In this document: positions 15,471 through 24,912 of the stretch, piece by piece
How the letters are laid out: each line of letters opens with the position of its first letter
Numbering within the stretch: the stretch's first letter is position 1
Origin: Alphaproteobacteria bacterium
Lineage (GTDB): Bacteria; Pseudomonadota; Alphaproteobacteria; 43-37
Direction: 5' to 3'
NCBI GenBank assembly: GCA_947488045.1
Contig: CANLAL010000002.1
Span: 1 to 34,051, forward strand
DNA: 34,051 nt
Position numbers and translations under genes: made by a program
The notes under the pieces: generated by a model
Databases searched by the model: none
Told to the model about the DNA's origin: nothing
Seen by the model: only the letters and a program-made list of their open reading frames with translations

Positions 15471-15980
15471 TCACTTATTTGTCCGGGGGGCCTGCTCTCT
15501 GGCAACTGCATCTGTCAGCGGTGGAGCAAGCGGAGGCAAACGTCTCGTGGGAAATGCCCCACCCCCCCCTGGGACGCCCCCTAATACTAGGCTTATATTA
15601 TGGAGTGTTTCCAACAGCGGTGATGGTCCCTCCCTCAAAAATGCACTTAAGCGCGCACGCACTGATAGTAATGAGCTCCATAAACTGCTCCCTTGGCCAG
15701 CAAAGGGAGATTGAAATTCCCCAGTGTTGAGCCCAGGATGTGGGGGGGGGAGACTAAGTCCTGACTCTGCAGCTCGAGAGTGGCCCCCTTCTGCAGCGGG
15801 GAAGGTAGAATCTAAAGGACTAGCTGGGCGCTCTCCCTGGGGAGGCGAAGATGCACTTGAACCTTTGGGAAAAGATGGACCATTTGCAGAAGAAAAGGGG
15901 TGCCCTCCACCGCCATATACGGCAGCTGTAAAACCAAGGGACGCAATCATGAGCGTATGAAGGGAAATAATCTTTTTCAT
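15471..15980 (-). CDS. Hypothetical secreted Pro/Gly/Ser-rich protein
   Basis: 169 aa. Signal peptide MKKIISLHTLMIASLGFTAAVYG, and the rest is low-complexity. The region is locally GC-rich, so all frames are open, and coding status is uncertain. Confidence 0.45.
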   Translation of the reverse strand: MKKIISLHTLMIASLGFTAAVYGGGGHPFSSANGPSFPKGSSASSPPQGERPASPLDSTFPAAEGGHSRAAESGLSLPPPHPGLNTGEFQSPFAGQGSSLWSSLLSVRARLSAFLREGPSPLLETLHNISLVLGGVPGGGGAFPTRRLPPLAPPLTDAVAREQAPRTNK

Positions 15981-16098
15981 GGGTAATGTCCTACAACCTG
16001 TATGGTTTTAATATTTACTTTGATTCAATATGTTAATTGATGCCTACATCAGGGTCATGGACCTGTCAACGGGATTATTTTACAACTGGATTGACGTT

Positions 16099-18309
16099 TT
16101 AAAACGTGTTGCTTCGGGGAAATCCTACAGGGGGCATGCGGCCCACTTGGCCCCGGTGGCCCAGCCAGGGGCTTAAATCTGTTTGGGTGCGTGTGCGTTC
16201 ACCTGCAGCCCAAACGAGTCCCTCAGTCAAAGAAATAAAGCGCAGGTCAGAAAGCCCACCATCTTTGTATTTTTGCAAAATCACACCGCGGCCTCGGCTC
16301 ATAATGGGGATTTCTTCAGTGGGAAAAATCAAAAGTTTTCGGTTTTGCCCGATGATGGCCACGTGGTCACCGGTGATCATGAGGCACAAGCGCAAGGTTG
16401 ACCCCTCTGAGGCATTATAAATCTGACGGCCTGATTTGGTTTGTGCTAACATGTCCGTTTCCTGAATGCGGAAACCGCGGTGGTCTGAGCCAATAATCAA
16501 TAATTGATGCCCTTCACCCCGGTAGGGTGCCATGTGTACGATCTGATCTTCCGGGCCCAAATCGATGACCAGTGAAAGGGGATCTCCATGGCCACGTCCT
16601 CGTGTGATGCGGTCAGCCAATACAGTAAAGCTGCGTCCTTGTGATGTGACAATTAAGATGCGGTCTGTGGTCATGCACGGCAAAATAAAGCGGGCCTCGT
16701 CACCCTCTTTATATTTAACATCGGTTAAGGCTTGCCCCTTGACGGCTCGGATCCACCCCATTTTGGAACAAATCACGGTAATGGCCTCGCGCTCAATGAG
16801 GGCGTCTGTGGGAATATCAGCGACAACAGGTGCCACCGTCAAAAGTGTGCGTCGGGGGCCATGGATCGTATCTTTTTCTAGCAGTTTGCGTAAAGCTGAA
16901 ACTTGTTCGCGAATCTTTTTCCTCTGCAAAGATTCGTCACCTAAGGTTTGAGTCAGGTCTTGGTGCTCAGCTGTCAGCTGGTCCAACTCTGTGCGTATGC
17001 TGATCTCTTCCAGCTTACGCAAGGCGCGTAAGCGCATATTTAAAATGGCTTCTACCTGAGTAGAGGTCAAAGAAAACTGCCTCATCAAAACTTGTTCTGG
17101 CTCATCCTCTTCTCGAATAATCCGGATCACTTCATCCATATTGAGGTAGGCAATAAGATAGCCCTGCAAAATCTCAAGACGTCGTTCGATTTGGCCTAGG
17201 CGGTTGCGGATGCGCCGTCCCAAAACCACGAAACGGTGATCGATGTACTCTTGTAAAACCTGCTTGAGAGACATCACCCTGGGTACGCCTCGGCTATCCA
17301 CCACATTCAGGTTGAGTGAAAAGCGAATTTCCAAGTCAGTCAGTTTAAAAAGAGATTCCATAAGCATGTCAGGATCAACAGATCTTGATTTAGGCTCCAG
17401 AACAATGCGCAAGTCTTCAGCAGATTCATCACGAATGTCTCCCAACAAGGGCAACCTTTTTTCATGCCATAAATCAGCAATCTTTTCGATCATTCGGGAT
17501 TTTGGAACTTGATAAGGAATCTGAGTGATAACCACTTGATATTGTCCAGATTTTCCTGGTTCTACTTCCCATTTGGCTCGCAGACGAAAACTGCCACGGC
17601 CAGCTAGATAGCTTAAGGCCATGCTCTCTGGCGATTCCACCAAAAGCCCACCGGTTGGAAAATCAGGGCCTTGTACAAATCCCATAAGGGATGCGTCACT
17701 ACAATCAGGGTGTTTGATCATATGGTCAAGGGCAGCGCACAGCTCCAAGGCATTGTGGGGTGGAATATTTGTGGCCATACCCACGGCAATGCCTGAAGCG
17801 CCATTTGCCAAAAGATTTGGAAAGGCCGCTGGGAAAACAATGGGCTCTTCCGTTTCTCCATCATAAGTGGGGCGAAAGTCCACCGTGTCGTCGTCAATAT
17901 TCTCCATAAGAGCTTCTGCGAAAGGAGTGAGCCTGGCTTCGGTATAACGAGCAGCTGCGGCATTATCCCCGTCAATGTTGCCAAAATTCCCGTGCCCCTC
18001 AATTAAGGGGTAGCGCACGGAAAAGTCCTGAGCCAAACGCACCAAGGCTTCATAAATAGCTGAATCACCGTGGGGGTGAAATTTACCCATGACATCACCC
18101 ACTACGCGGGCGCATTTTTTTGGCATATTTGTTGGCTGTAGCTTCAAAAGCCGCATGGCATAAAGCAACCGCCGATGTACGGGTTTTAAGCCATCCCGCA
18201 CATCCGGCAGAGATCGAGATAAAATTGTCGATAAAGCATAGGAAAGATAACGCTCACTCAAAGCCTGAGGTAGAGAAGTCTCTAAAACATTTTTTGCAGC
18301 GTCTGACAT
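16099..18309 (-). CDS. parC: DNA topoisomerase IV subunit A
   Basis: 736 aa. RSLPDVRDGLKPVHRRLLYAM, the active-site region AAARYTEARL, and a length typical of ParC rather than GyrA. Confidence 0.92.
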   Translation of the reverse strand: MSDAAKNVLETSLPQALSERYLSYALSTILSRSLPDVRDGLKPVHRRLLYAMRLLKLQPTNMPKKCARVVGDVMGKFHPHGDSAIYEALVRLAQDFSVRYPLIEGHGNFGNIDGDNAAAARYTEARLTPFAEALMENIDDDTVDFRPTYDGETEEPIVFPAAFPNLLANGASGIAVGMATNIPPHNALELCAALDHMIKHPDCSDASLMGFVQGPDFPTGGLLVESPESMALSYLAGRGSFRLRAKWEVEPGKSGQYQVVITQIPYQVPKSRMIEKIADLWHEKRLPLLGDIRDESAEDLRIVLEPKSRSVDPDMLMESLFKLTDLEIRFSLNLNVVDSRGVPRVMSLKQVLQEYIDHRFVVLGRRIRNRLGQIERRLEILQGYLIAYLNMDEVIRIIREEDEPEQVLMRQFSLTSTQVEAILNMRLRALRKLEEISIRTELDQLTAEHQDLTQTLGDESLQRKKIREQVSALRKLLEKDTIHGPRRTLLTVAPVVADIPTDALIEREAITVICSKMGWIRAVKGQALTDVKYKEGDEARFILPCMTTDRILIVTSQGRSFTVLADRITRGRGHGDPLSLVIDLGPEDQIVHMAPYRGEGHQLLIIGSDHRGFRIQETDMLAQTKSGRQIYNASEGSTLRLCLMITGDHVAIIGQNRKLLIFPTEEIPIMSRGRGVILQKYKDGGLSDLRFISLTEGLVWAAGERTRTQTDLSPWLGHRGQVGRMPPVGFPRSNTF

Positions 18310-18781
18310 GGGCGTTACGGTTCTTTATCCATTTAAGTAAAACTTTAGAGCCACCACTCTACTTTTTTAAGGTGTGGCTGTCTAGGTCCGTCTGACGAAT
18401 GCCCAATAGGAATATGGGGTCTTATTAAGCGCGGGGCTCTTCCTTAGAATACTGTTTATCAATCATAATTTGAGGATGCCCCAAACATCAAGTGGAGTTT
18501 TGATGGATAAAAAGAACGGTCGATTAAAAAAGATAAAAGTCTGGGAATTAAGATCGAGTCTCAAATGGAAATGCGGCTGTGTTATCAAATGAATAGCCAG
18601 AAATCAATACCTTTATATGAGCCTATATCAAACACTTTAAAGGAAACTTGTTATGGAAAAGTGTTTGCTTAATGTGATTAATGGTGGTTATTTCACTTTC
18701 ATTGACTCTCGTCAGTTTACAATCTTATAAAAAAGACCAAGAAAGTAAGACAGTCTCATTTTTAAGGGGTTGGCCTTAATC

Positions 18782-20568
18782 CTACTTCATAGGCAGAAAC
18801 CCTCCCACCTGGGCGTCCCATAAGGATTGATAAAGTCCCTTGTGCATTAAAAGTTTGGAGTGGTGGCCATCTTCAACAACCTTCCCTTGATCAAAAACCA
18901 AAATCCTGTCCATCCTTAACAAGGTCGAAAGCCGATGCGCAATCACAAGCGTCGTTTTGCCTTCCATTTGATTCCATAGATTGTCTTGAATTTGGCTTTC
19001 AGTGATGGAATCGAGTTGGGAAGTGGCCTCATCCAAAATCAAGATGGGGGCATTCTTGAGAATAGCCCGCGCGATGGCGATCCTCTGCCGTTGGCCACCA
19101 GATAATTTTATTCCCCGTTCACCCACAAGCGCATCATATCCTTGGTGTAATTTTATAATGAATTTATGAGCGTCTGCCTGCTTAGCGGCTTCGATCACCT
19201 CATTGTCCGTTGCATCTCGACGACCATAGCGAATGTTTTCCATCAAAGTGCGGTGGAATAATGACGGATCTTGGGGAATCAGTGCAATATGTGCACGTAA
19301 GGAGTCTTGGATAACTTCTTTAATATCCTGACCATCAATAAAAATTCTTCCCCCAGTGAGGTCATAAAGTCTTGAGAGGAGGTTAATGAACGTCGTTTTC
19401 CCGCCTCCCGAATACCCAACCAGTCCTACTTTTTGCCCTGCTGTTAGTGTGATCGTCAAATTTTCGAAGAGTGGGTCGCTGTTTGGGTATGAAAAAAATA
19501 TATGGTCAAAATGAATTTCTCCCCCTCGGGTAATAAGGACTTTTGCATCGGGAAGATCTTGAATCTCGGGGGAGGGGAGAATCACTTGAAGCGCTTCTGT
19601 TATACGTCCATAGTAATCTGAAAAGCTTGAAACGCGTCTTGTAAGATTCCAAAGCTCGCTGAAAAGCTGACTGTTAAGCATGAGAATTAAGGCAAAGTCA
19701 CCTATTGTAATCCACTTATCTTGGTAGCCTTTGAGCAACCAATAGAAACTAATGCCTTGGAGAATAATAAAAGAGGTACTGTAACTGACCCAAATCCAAA
19801 AGTAAGCCTTCTGCAGTTCTTGTTCTGCGCTTTGTGCATCATAAAAGGCCTGACCCATGATACTTTTTTCCTTAGGCTTGCCCGTAAACAAGCGAACCGC
19901 CAGGATGTTAGAGAGGGAATCAACAACTTTTCCTGTAAGGGTGGATTGACTTTGTGCCCACGCAGCTGCAAGGCTCGTAAAATATTTTGAGCATAAAAAG
20001 GCGGTTCCAAAGAAAAGGCTGGCCCAGGCCAAGGTGAGCAAGGCAAACCGTGGACTTGTGTTCCATAGTGTGACAATAGCAATGTTTAAAGCCACAAATG
20101 TATAAAGGAAGTCATCAATGATCAGTTGAAGAAGATCTGGTACACTGGAGGAAAGGTGATTAACCTTAGTCGCAAGTGCTCCTGCAAAGACATTTTGATA
20201 ATAAGAGTGTGTTTTCTCCAATAACAAATTGAAAGCTGACTCCTCAATCTTAAGACGTAATTGTGGAATCATTTTAATTTCTACACAGTAAGTATAGAGA
20301 CGGGCGAGGCCTTCTGCCAGAATGATAAGCCCATATAAAGCGCAATGGGATAAGTTAAATAGGAAAATAAATTGGCCGAGTCGACGACAGCAATCCGGTC
20401 CAGAATCACTTTTGTGATGAACGGTTTGGCAGAAAGTGAAAGCCCCCAGACAATAATACCCGCTAACATCACTGCAATTCCAGCGTGAAAAGGTCGCAAT
20501 TGACGAATAAAATATTGGAGGACTTGGCGACCGCTTATGTTATTTTTGTACATATTGACCCCTTTCAA
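18782..20568 (-). pseudogene. ABC exporter (fused TMD-NBD, MsbA/MdlB-like), interrupted by a frameshift near 20320-20335
   Basis: The 95-aa ORF 20281..20568 encodes TM1-TM2. The 496-aa ORF 18782..20272 encodes the remaining TMD plus the NBD (GYSGGGKTT, LSGGQRQRIAIARA, ILILDEATSQLD). The downstream frame stays open upstream of its ATG and reads ...LYGLIILAEGLARLYTYCVEIKMIPQLR, which continues the TMD. Confidence 0.7.
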
Positions 20569-20863
20569 CAGGAAGGTTGAGAGTCGTGTGTTTGTAGTAT
20601 AAGTGAAAAGCGCTGAAAGTAAACAGAAAGTAAAAACATCCTCTTATTGGACGTGAATATTTATAGTGTTTAAATGAAAGGTTATTTTGAAAAGTAATAT
20701 CAATGGAATGGACTGAAGTTGAAGTGGGGCTTCATTAACAGAGGCCGGTATGGTAAGGGGGAGATTTTAAGAATATCACCTAGAAATCATCAGATCAACA
20801 CAAGGGCAAGACGGAAGGATTTTAGCTAATACATTTTTCTCCCAACCATTCACTAAAAAAGGG

Positions 20864-21663
20864 AACGAAGGTTTTGAAAAATTGATTTTTTGAGCGCATT
20901 TTGCTAAGCTGTAGTTCTTAGAAACATTAAAAAAGGAATTTAAACCATGTCTCACGCGAATCCCCTCATTCTACACCGTCATCCTGAACTTGCTTCAGGA
21001 TCTCATTGCCCATCAGCAACAGATTCCGGGTCAATGCCCTGAATGACAGTACAATATGTCATCCTGAACTTGTTTCAGGATCTCAAGGCCGTATGAAGGA
21101 ATATGCTAAGTCATCTTCAGCATGACAGTTTACAAAAGGTTGTCATCCCCACGCGGATTAAGAAAAGGTCTAAGCCAGGGTTGCAAGGTGATTCGGGGCC
21201 ACAGGAGCTCACGCGTGTAAGTGTGATGCAGTCTGACCCTTACGTGTCATCCCGGGCTTGATCCGGGATCTTATACCGGTTCTCAAAGAGATGCTGAATC
21301 AAGTTCAGCATGACAGTTTATAAAAAGTTTTCATTTTACAAAAGGCTGTCATCCCCACGTGGATTAAGAAAAGCTCTAAGCCAGGATTGCAAAGTGATTC
21401 AGGGTCACAAGGGATCACGCGTGTAAGTGTGATGCAGTCTGACCCTTTACGTGTCATCCCGGACTTGATCTGGGATCTAACCTTGACCTTAAACACTTAA
21501 AATATATGGATATCCATAATGCACATGGATATCCCACTCAACCCCGCAGAAAGAAAGGAAAGTATATGCAAAAAAAAATAAAATACGAAAATGATATTAT
21601 TTTGGCCCAAAGCCACAGCCTGCAAGGAAAAAATCGGGATATCCCATGGATATCCAGGATATC
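20864..21663. repeat. Left arm of a large imperfect inverted repeat (outer about 95-nt block, MITE-like mosaic, inner about 195-nt block)
   Basis: The reverse complement of 29443-30182 aligns with this arm in the same block order. The inner block is about 95 percent identical by eye. ORF-track peptides from the two arms are near-identical (MDIHNAHGYPTQP...; GSDCITLTRV...). Confidence 0.85.
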
Positions 21664-21664
21664 C
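21506..21664. promoter_or_regulatory. GGATATCC palindrome array (2 boxes, then an about 100-nt A/T-rich spacer, then 3 boxes), left copy
   Basis: GGATATCC occurs at about 21508, 21527, 21637, 21648 and 21657. The first box is the perfect 12-mer palindrome ATGGATATCCAT. Confidence 0.35.
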
Positions 21665-21718
21665 ATAAACGCCAACAGAAAAGGATAGCAAAAGATGAAT
21701 AGATTTAAGAGAGCAACC

Positions 21719-23683
21719 TTAGAAAAAGCTTTGGGGGTCAATGTCCACGTGGCATGTGATCGTCCGTGGTAACTTGAATTGAGAAAGCCAGGTATTGATA
21801 TAGTTTTGAGGAGTCAACGATTTAGGTGTCTTGATTAAAAATCGCCATCTAAATTTTCCTCGAATTTTATATAAGGCTGCAGGGGCGGGGCCCAAAACCT
21901 TGACCGACTCCAGAATGGGGGCTTTGCGCGCGAGAGCTTTGACACATTTTTCAAGGAGCACTTCATCTTTGCTCGAAAGAATCAAGCTGGCCAATCGTCC
22001 AAAAGGTGGCCAGCCAAAAGCCTTCCGTTGTTCCATTTCTGCAGCCATGAATGCATCTCGGTCCGACAGCACAAGCGCTTCCATTAAAGGGTTTGTGGGG
22101 TCATAGGTTTGCAAAAAAACACGCCCCAGGGTGTGGTGTCGCCCCGCACGCCCTGCCACCTGCATGAGAAGTTGAAAGGTGCGCTCTCCTGATCTTAAGT
22201 CACCCCCGACTAAACCTAAGTCTCCGTCGATGATGCCAACGCAGGAAAGGCCCTTAAAGTCATGGCCTTTGGCAATAAGCTGTGTACCTACGATTACATC
22301 CACTTCGCCCTTTTGAATGCCGGCGACGGCTTCTTCTACAGCCTTGAGATTAGTGAGTTTATCCGAACTCATGATCAGGATCCGGGCATTAGGCAGCAAC
22401 GCTTGCACTTCATCACTGATGCGTTCCACCCCTGGGCCGCAGGGCAATAAGGTATCCTCTTCATGACAGGAAGGGCATGCTTTCGGGACAGGCGCTGTAT
22501 AGCCACAATGGTGGCATTGGATATGCTCCACGTGCTTGTGCTTGACGAGCCATGCGGCACAGTCTGGGCAGGCAAACCGGTGTCCACAAGAGCTACATAG
22601 AGTGACTGGTGCGTATCCACGGCGGTTGAGGAACAAAAGGGATTGCTCTCCAGCGGCAAACGTTTCCAAAAGGGCTTCGCGCAAGGGGGCGCTAATCCAA
22701 GATCCGCGCCCCTTATGGCCACGCATATCAATCAATTTGACAGAAGGGAGTTGGTTGAGATTGAAGCGATGTGGCAGGCTAAGATAGCCATATCGCTTGG
22801 AGTGAACGTTTTCCATAGTTTCCAAACAGGGGGTTGCAGAGGCAAGGACTACAAGAGCGCCTTCTAATTTTCCGCGAACAATGGCCATGTCCCGTCCATT
22901 GTAGATCACACCGTCTTCTTGTTTGTAGCTAGGGTCATGCTCCTCATCCACAATGATCACTTTAAGGTTCGGAAAGGGTAGGAATAAGCTAGACCTTGCA
23001 CCCACCACCACTCTGGCTTGACCATGAATGACCTGATGCCAGACTTTACGCTTTTGGGCAGGGGTAATTTCCGAGTGCCAGATGCATGGACGTTCTCCAA
23101 ACCGTGCTGTATAGCGTTCAATCCACTGGGTGCTTAAGGCAATTTCAGGCAAAAGTACAAGGGTTTGGAAGTCTTGTGCCATAGCTGCTTCAATAAGGTC
23201 AAAGTAAACCTCTGTTTTGCCTGACCCCGTCACACCATCAAGCACCGTCACGTGATAGGTGCCCAGTTGCGTGCGCAAGACATGTGCTGCCTCTTTTTGG
23301 TTTTCTGTTAATGCTTTAATATCAGGGGAAGTCGGTAATTTAGGAGAGTCCAAATGCTTAAGAGGGTCACCCAATAGTTTATCAGGTAGTAGCATTTTTA
23401 AGACCAGGCCTGGAGGATTCATGGTATAGGAAGCCATCCAGTGGATAAAATCCATTAAATGAGGCCGTAAATGGGGTAACTGATAGATCTTCTCAAGGGG
23501 TTTCATGTGTGAAACGCCTTCCCCAGCAAGATTCACAATAACACCATCTAATAATCGTGAACCAAAGGATACACGCACCCATTGACCTATATGAGGTGGG
23601 TTTTCTGAGTCCACTAAATAAGAAAAGTATCCGGCTAAAGGAACAGGTAGCAAAACACTCACAATGATCTCAGTGTCAGTCAT
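21719..23683 (-). CDS. priA: Primosomal replication-restart helicase PriA
   Basis: Trimmed to MTDTEIIVSVLLPVPLAGYFSYLV. Walker A GVTGSGKTEVY, DEEHD, Cys-rich zinc region CSSCGHRFACPDCAAWLVKHK...CHHCGY...CPSC. The ATG lies inside the last codons of ftsA. Confidence 0.9.
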   Translation of the reverse strand: MTDTEIIVSVLLPVPLAGYFSYLVDSENPPHIGQWVRVSFGSRLLDGVIVNLAGEGVSHMKPLEKIYQLPHLRPHLMDFIHWMASYTMNPPGLVLKMLLPDKLLGDPLKHLDSPKLPTSPDIKALTENQKEAAHVLRTQLGTYHVTVLDGVTGSGKTEVYFDLIEAAMAQDFQTLVLLPEIALSTQWIERYTARFGERPCIWHSEITPAQKRKVWHQVIHGQARVVVGARSSLFLPFPNLKVIIVDEEHDPSYKQEDGVIYNGRDMAIVRGKLEGALVVLASATPCLETMENVHSKRYGYLSLPHRFNLNQLPSVKLIDMRGHKGRGSWISAPLREALLETFAAGEQSLLFLNRRGYAPVTLCSSCGHRFACPDCAAWLVKHKHVEHIQCHHCGYTAPVPKACPSCHEEDTLLPCGPGVERISDEVQALLPNARILIMSSDKLTNLKAVEEAVAGIQKGEVDVIVGTQLIAKGHDFKGLSCVGIIDGDLGLVGGDLRSGERTFQLLMQVAGRAGRHHTLGRVFLQTYDPTNPLMEALVLSDRDAFMAAEMEQRKAFGWPPFGRLASLILSSKDEVLLEKCVKALARKAPILESVKVLGPAPAALYKIRGKFRWRFLIKTPKSLTPQNYINTWLSQFKLPRTITCHVDIDPQSFF

Positions 23684-24911
23684 TAAGTAGGGTCTTGAAT
23701 TTTCCCCAGAGGCTTGCAGAAGGAGAAATGACATCTCTTGCTGAGAACTGATCTGCAAACTCTCTGGCCGCATAAGCAATGATGCCTGCACATGTTGCAA
23801 ATGAAGGGGATGCATATAGTCCATCCATACCTTGGGCTTGACCAAGTCTCACTTGTTTGCCAAGAACGTGAGTGGCAAAATCCCGCATGCCCGTTAATTG
23901 ACTCGCGCCTCCTGTCAAAATCACCCGATTCATAAGGGCGATTTCCGGGTGGGTGATGAGCTTTTTCTTTAAGTGGATAAAAATTTCTTCAAGCCTAGGC
24001 TGAATAATTTGGTTGAGTTGGGCTTTTGTAATGCTTGATTCATTGCCACCCTCTGAGTCACCAATTTGTGGCACCAGAATGGACTCTCTCTCATCACTAT
24101 TGAGTGTTGCTGCAGAGCCATAAAGCGCCTTAATCCGCTCAGCATGTGCTAATGGAGTTGAGAGAATGCGAGAGATATCTTGGGTAATGTGATTGCCACC
24201 TAAGGAGACGCTCGTCACAAATGTCGGGCGTTGGTGCACATAGGTAATGAGTGAGGTTGATCCACCCCCCATGTCAATGAGAATAGAGCCAAGATCCATC
24301 TCATCCGGGACGAGTGTTGCAAGTCCTGAGGCATGCGGAGCAGCCACGAATGCAGCCACATCAAGATGCGCTGCAGAAAGGCAGGCAGTAAAATTGCGTA
24401 ATACGTTGGAAGGTGCTGTCATGACATGTATATGAGCTTTTAGCTTACTACCGTACATGCCCTTGGGATCTAAAATTCCCTTTTGATCATCGAGCTCATA
24501 AGATAATGAAACGGCATGTAACACCTCATGACCCCGTTCATGCATGACTTCCTGCACATGTTTCCAAAGTAGCCCAAGGTCATCTTGCCTTACAGGGTGG
24601 GAGGATAAAGGTATTTCGAGGGTGTGAATGTTTGATGAGATAATTGTAGCGGGTATGGCCACAAAAATTTTACGCACAGTTTCGTCCGCCTCGTGTTCAG
24701 CTGAGTTGACGGCTTCGGCTACAGCAGAAGTCATCGCTTCCATATCCACGATTATGCCACGTTTTAAGCCGCGTGCCATGTGTTGCCCAACACCAATAGT
24801 TTGTGTTTTGTCCTCATCTATGATACGGGCGATTGCACAATTAACTCGTGTGGACCCAATATCGAGGGCTGCAATAATGTCGTTCTTGTGAGATGGTTTT
24901 CTTTTGAACAT
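23676..24911 (-). CDS. ftsA: Cell division protein FtsA
   Basis: 411 aa, actin-like ATPase. ALDIGSTRV..., DMGGGSTS, GGASQLTGM. Position is after ftsQ. Confidence 0.93.
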   Translation of the reverse strand: MFKRKPSHKNDIIAALDIGSTRVNCAIARIIDEDKTQTIGVGQHMARGLKRGIIVDMEAMTSAVAEAVNSAEHEADETVRKIFVAIPATIISSNIHTLEIPLSSHPVRQDDLGLLWKHVQEVMHERGHEVLHAVSLSYELDDQKGILDPKGMYGSKLKAHIHVMTAPSNVLRNFTACLSAAHLDVAAFVAAPHASGLATLVPDEMDLGSILIDMGGGSTSLITYVHQRPTFVTSVSLGGNHITQDISRILSTPLAHAERIKALYGSAATLNSDERESILVPQIGDSEGGNESSITKAQLNQIIQPRLEEIFIHLKKKLITHPEIALMNRVILTGGASQLTGMRDFATHVLGKQVRLGQAQGMDGLYASPSFATCAGIIAYAAREFADQFSARDVISPSASLWGKFKTLLND

Positions 24912-24912
24912 T

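Noticed and set aside
15448-15960. Plus-strand ORFs 15448..15714, 15479..15730 and 15724..15960
   Set aside because: They are shadow ORFs of a locally GC-rich segment. None has a signal, motif or RBS. The minus-strand ORF at least has a canonical signal peptide.
21506-21664. Box array plus A/T-rich spacer as a replication origin (oriC or plasmid iterons)
   Set aside because: GGATATCC is not a DnaA box. There is no dnaA, hemE, parAB or rep gene context, and the element is present twice within 8 kb. A regulatory or repeat-internal role is more parsimonious. I keep it as a finding, but not as an origin.
21506-21688. The 60-aa ORF (MDIHNAHGYPTQP...) and its 82-aa twin at 29415..29663, as conserved small proteins
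   Set aside because: They are read straight through the GGATATCC arrays. The two copies differ by small indels that change the frame of the C-terminal third, and they have no convincing independent RBS. The conservation is explained by the DNA repeat. The same applies to 21305..21496 / 29723..29932 and 21497..21741.
23676-23845. Long N-terminal extension of priA (track start 23845) overlapping ftsA by 170 nt
   Set aside because: The extension (MVKPKVWMDYMHPLHLQ...) is the out-of-frame reading of the ftsA 3' end. The conserved PriA N-terminus begins at MTDTEIIVSVLLPVPL, so the start is set at 23683.
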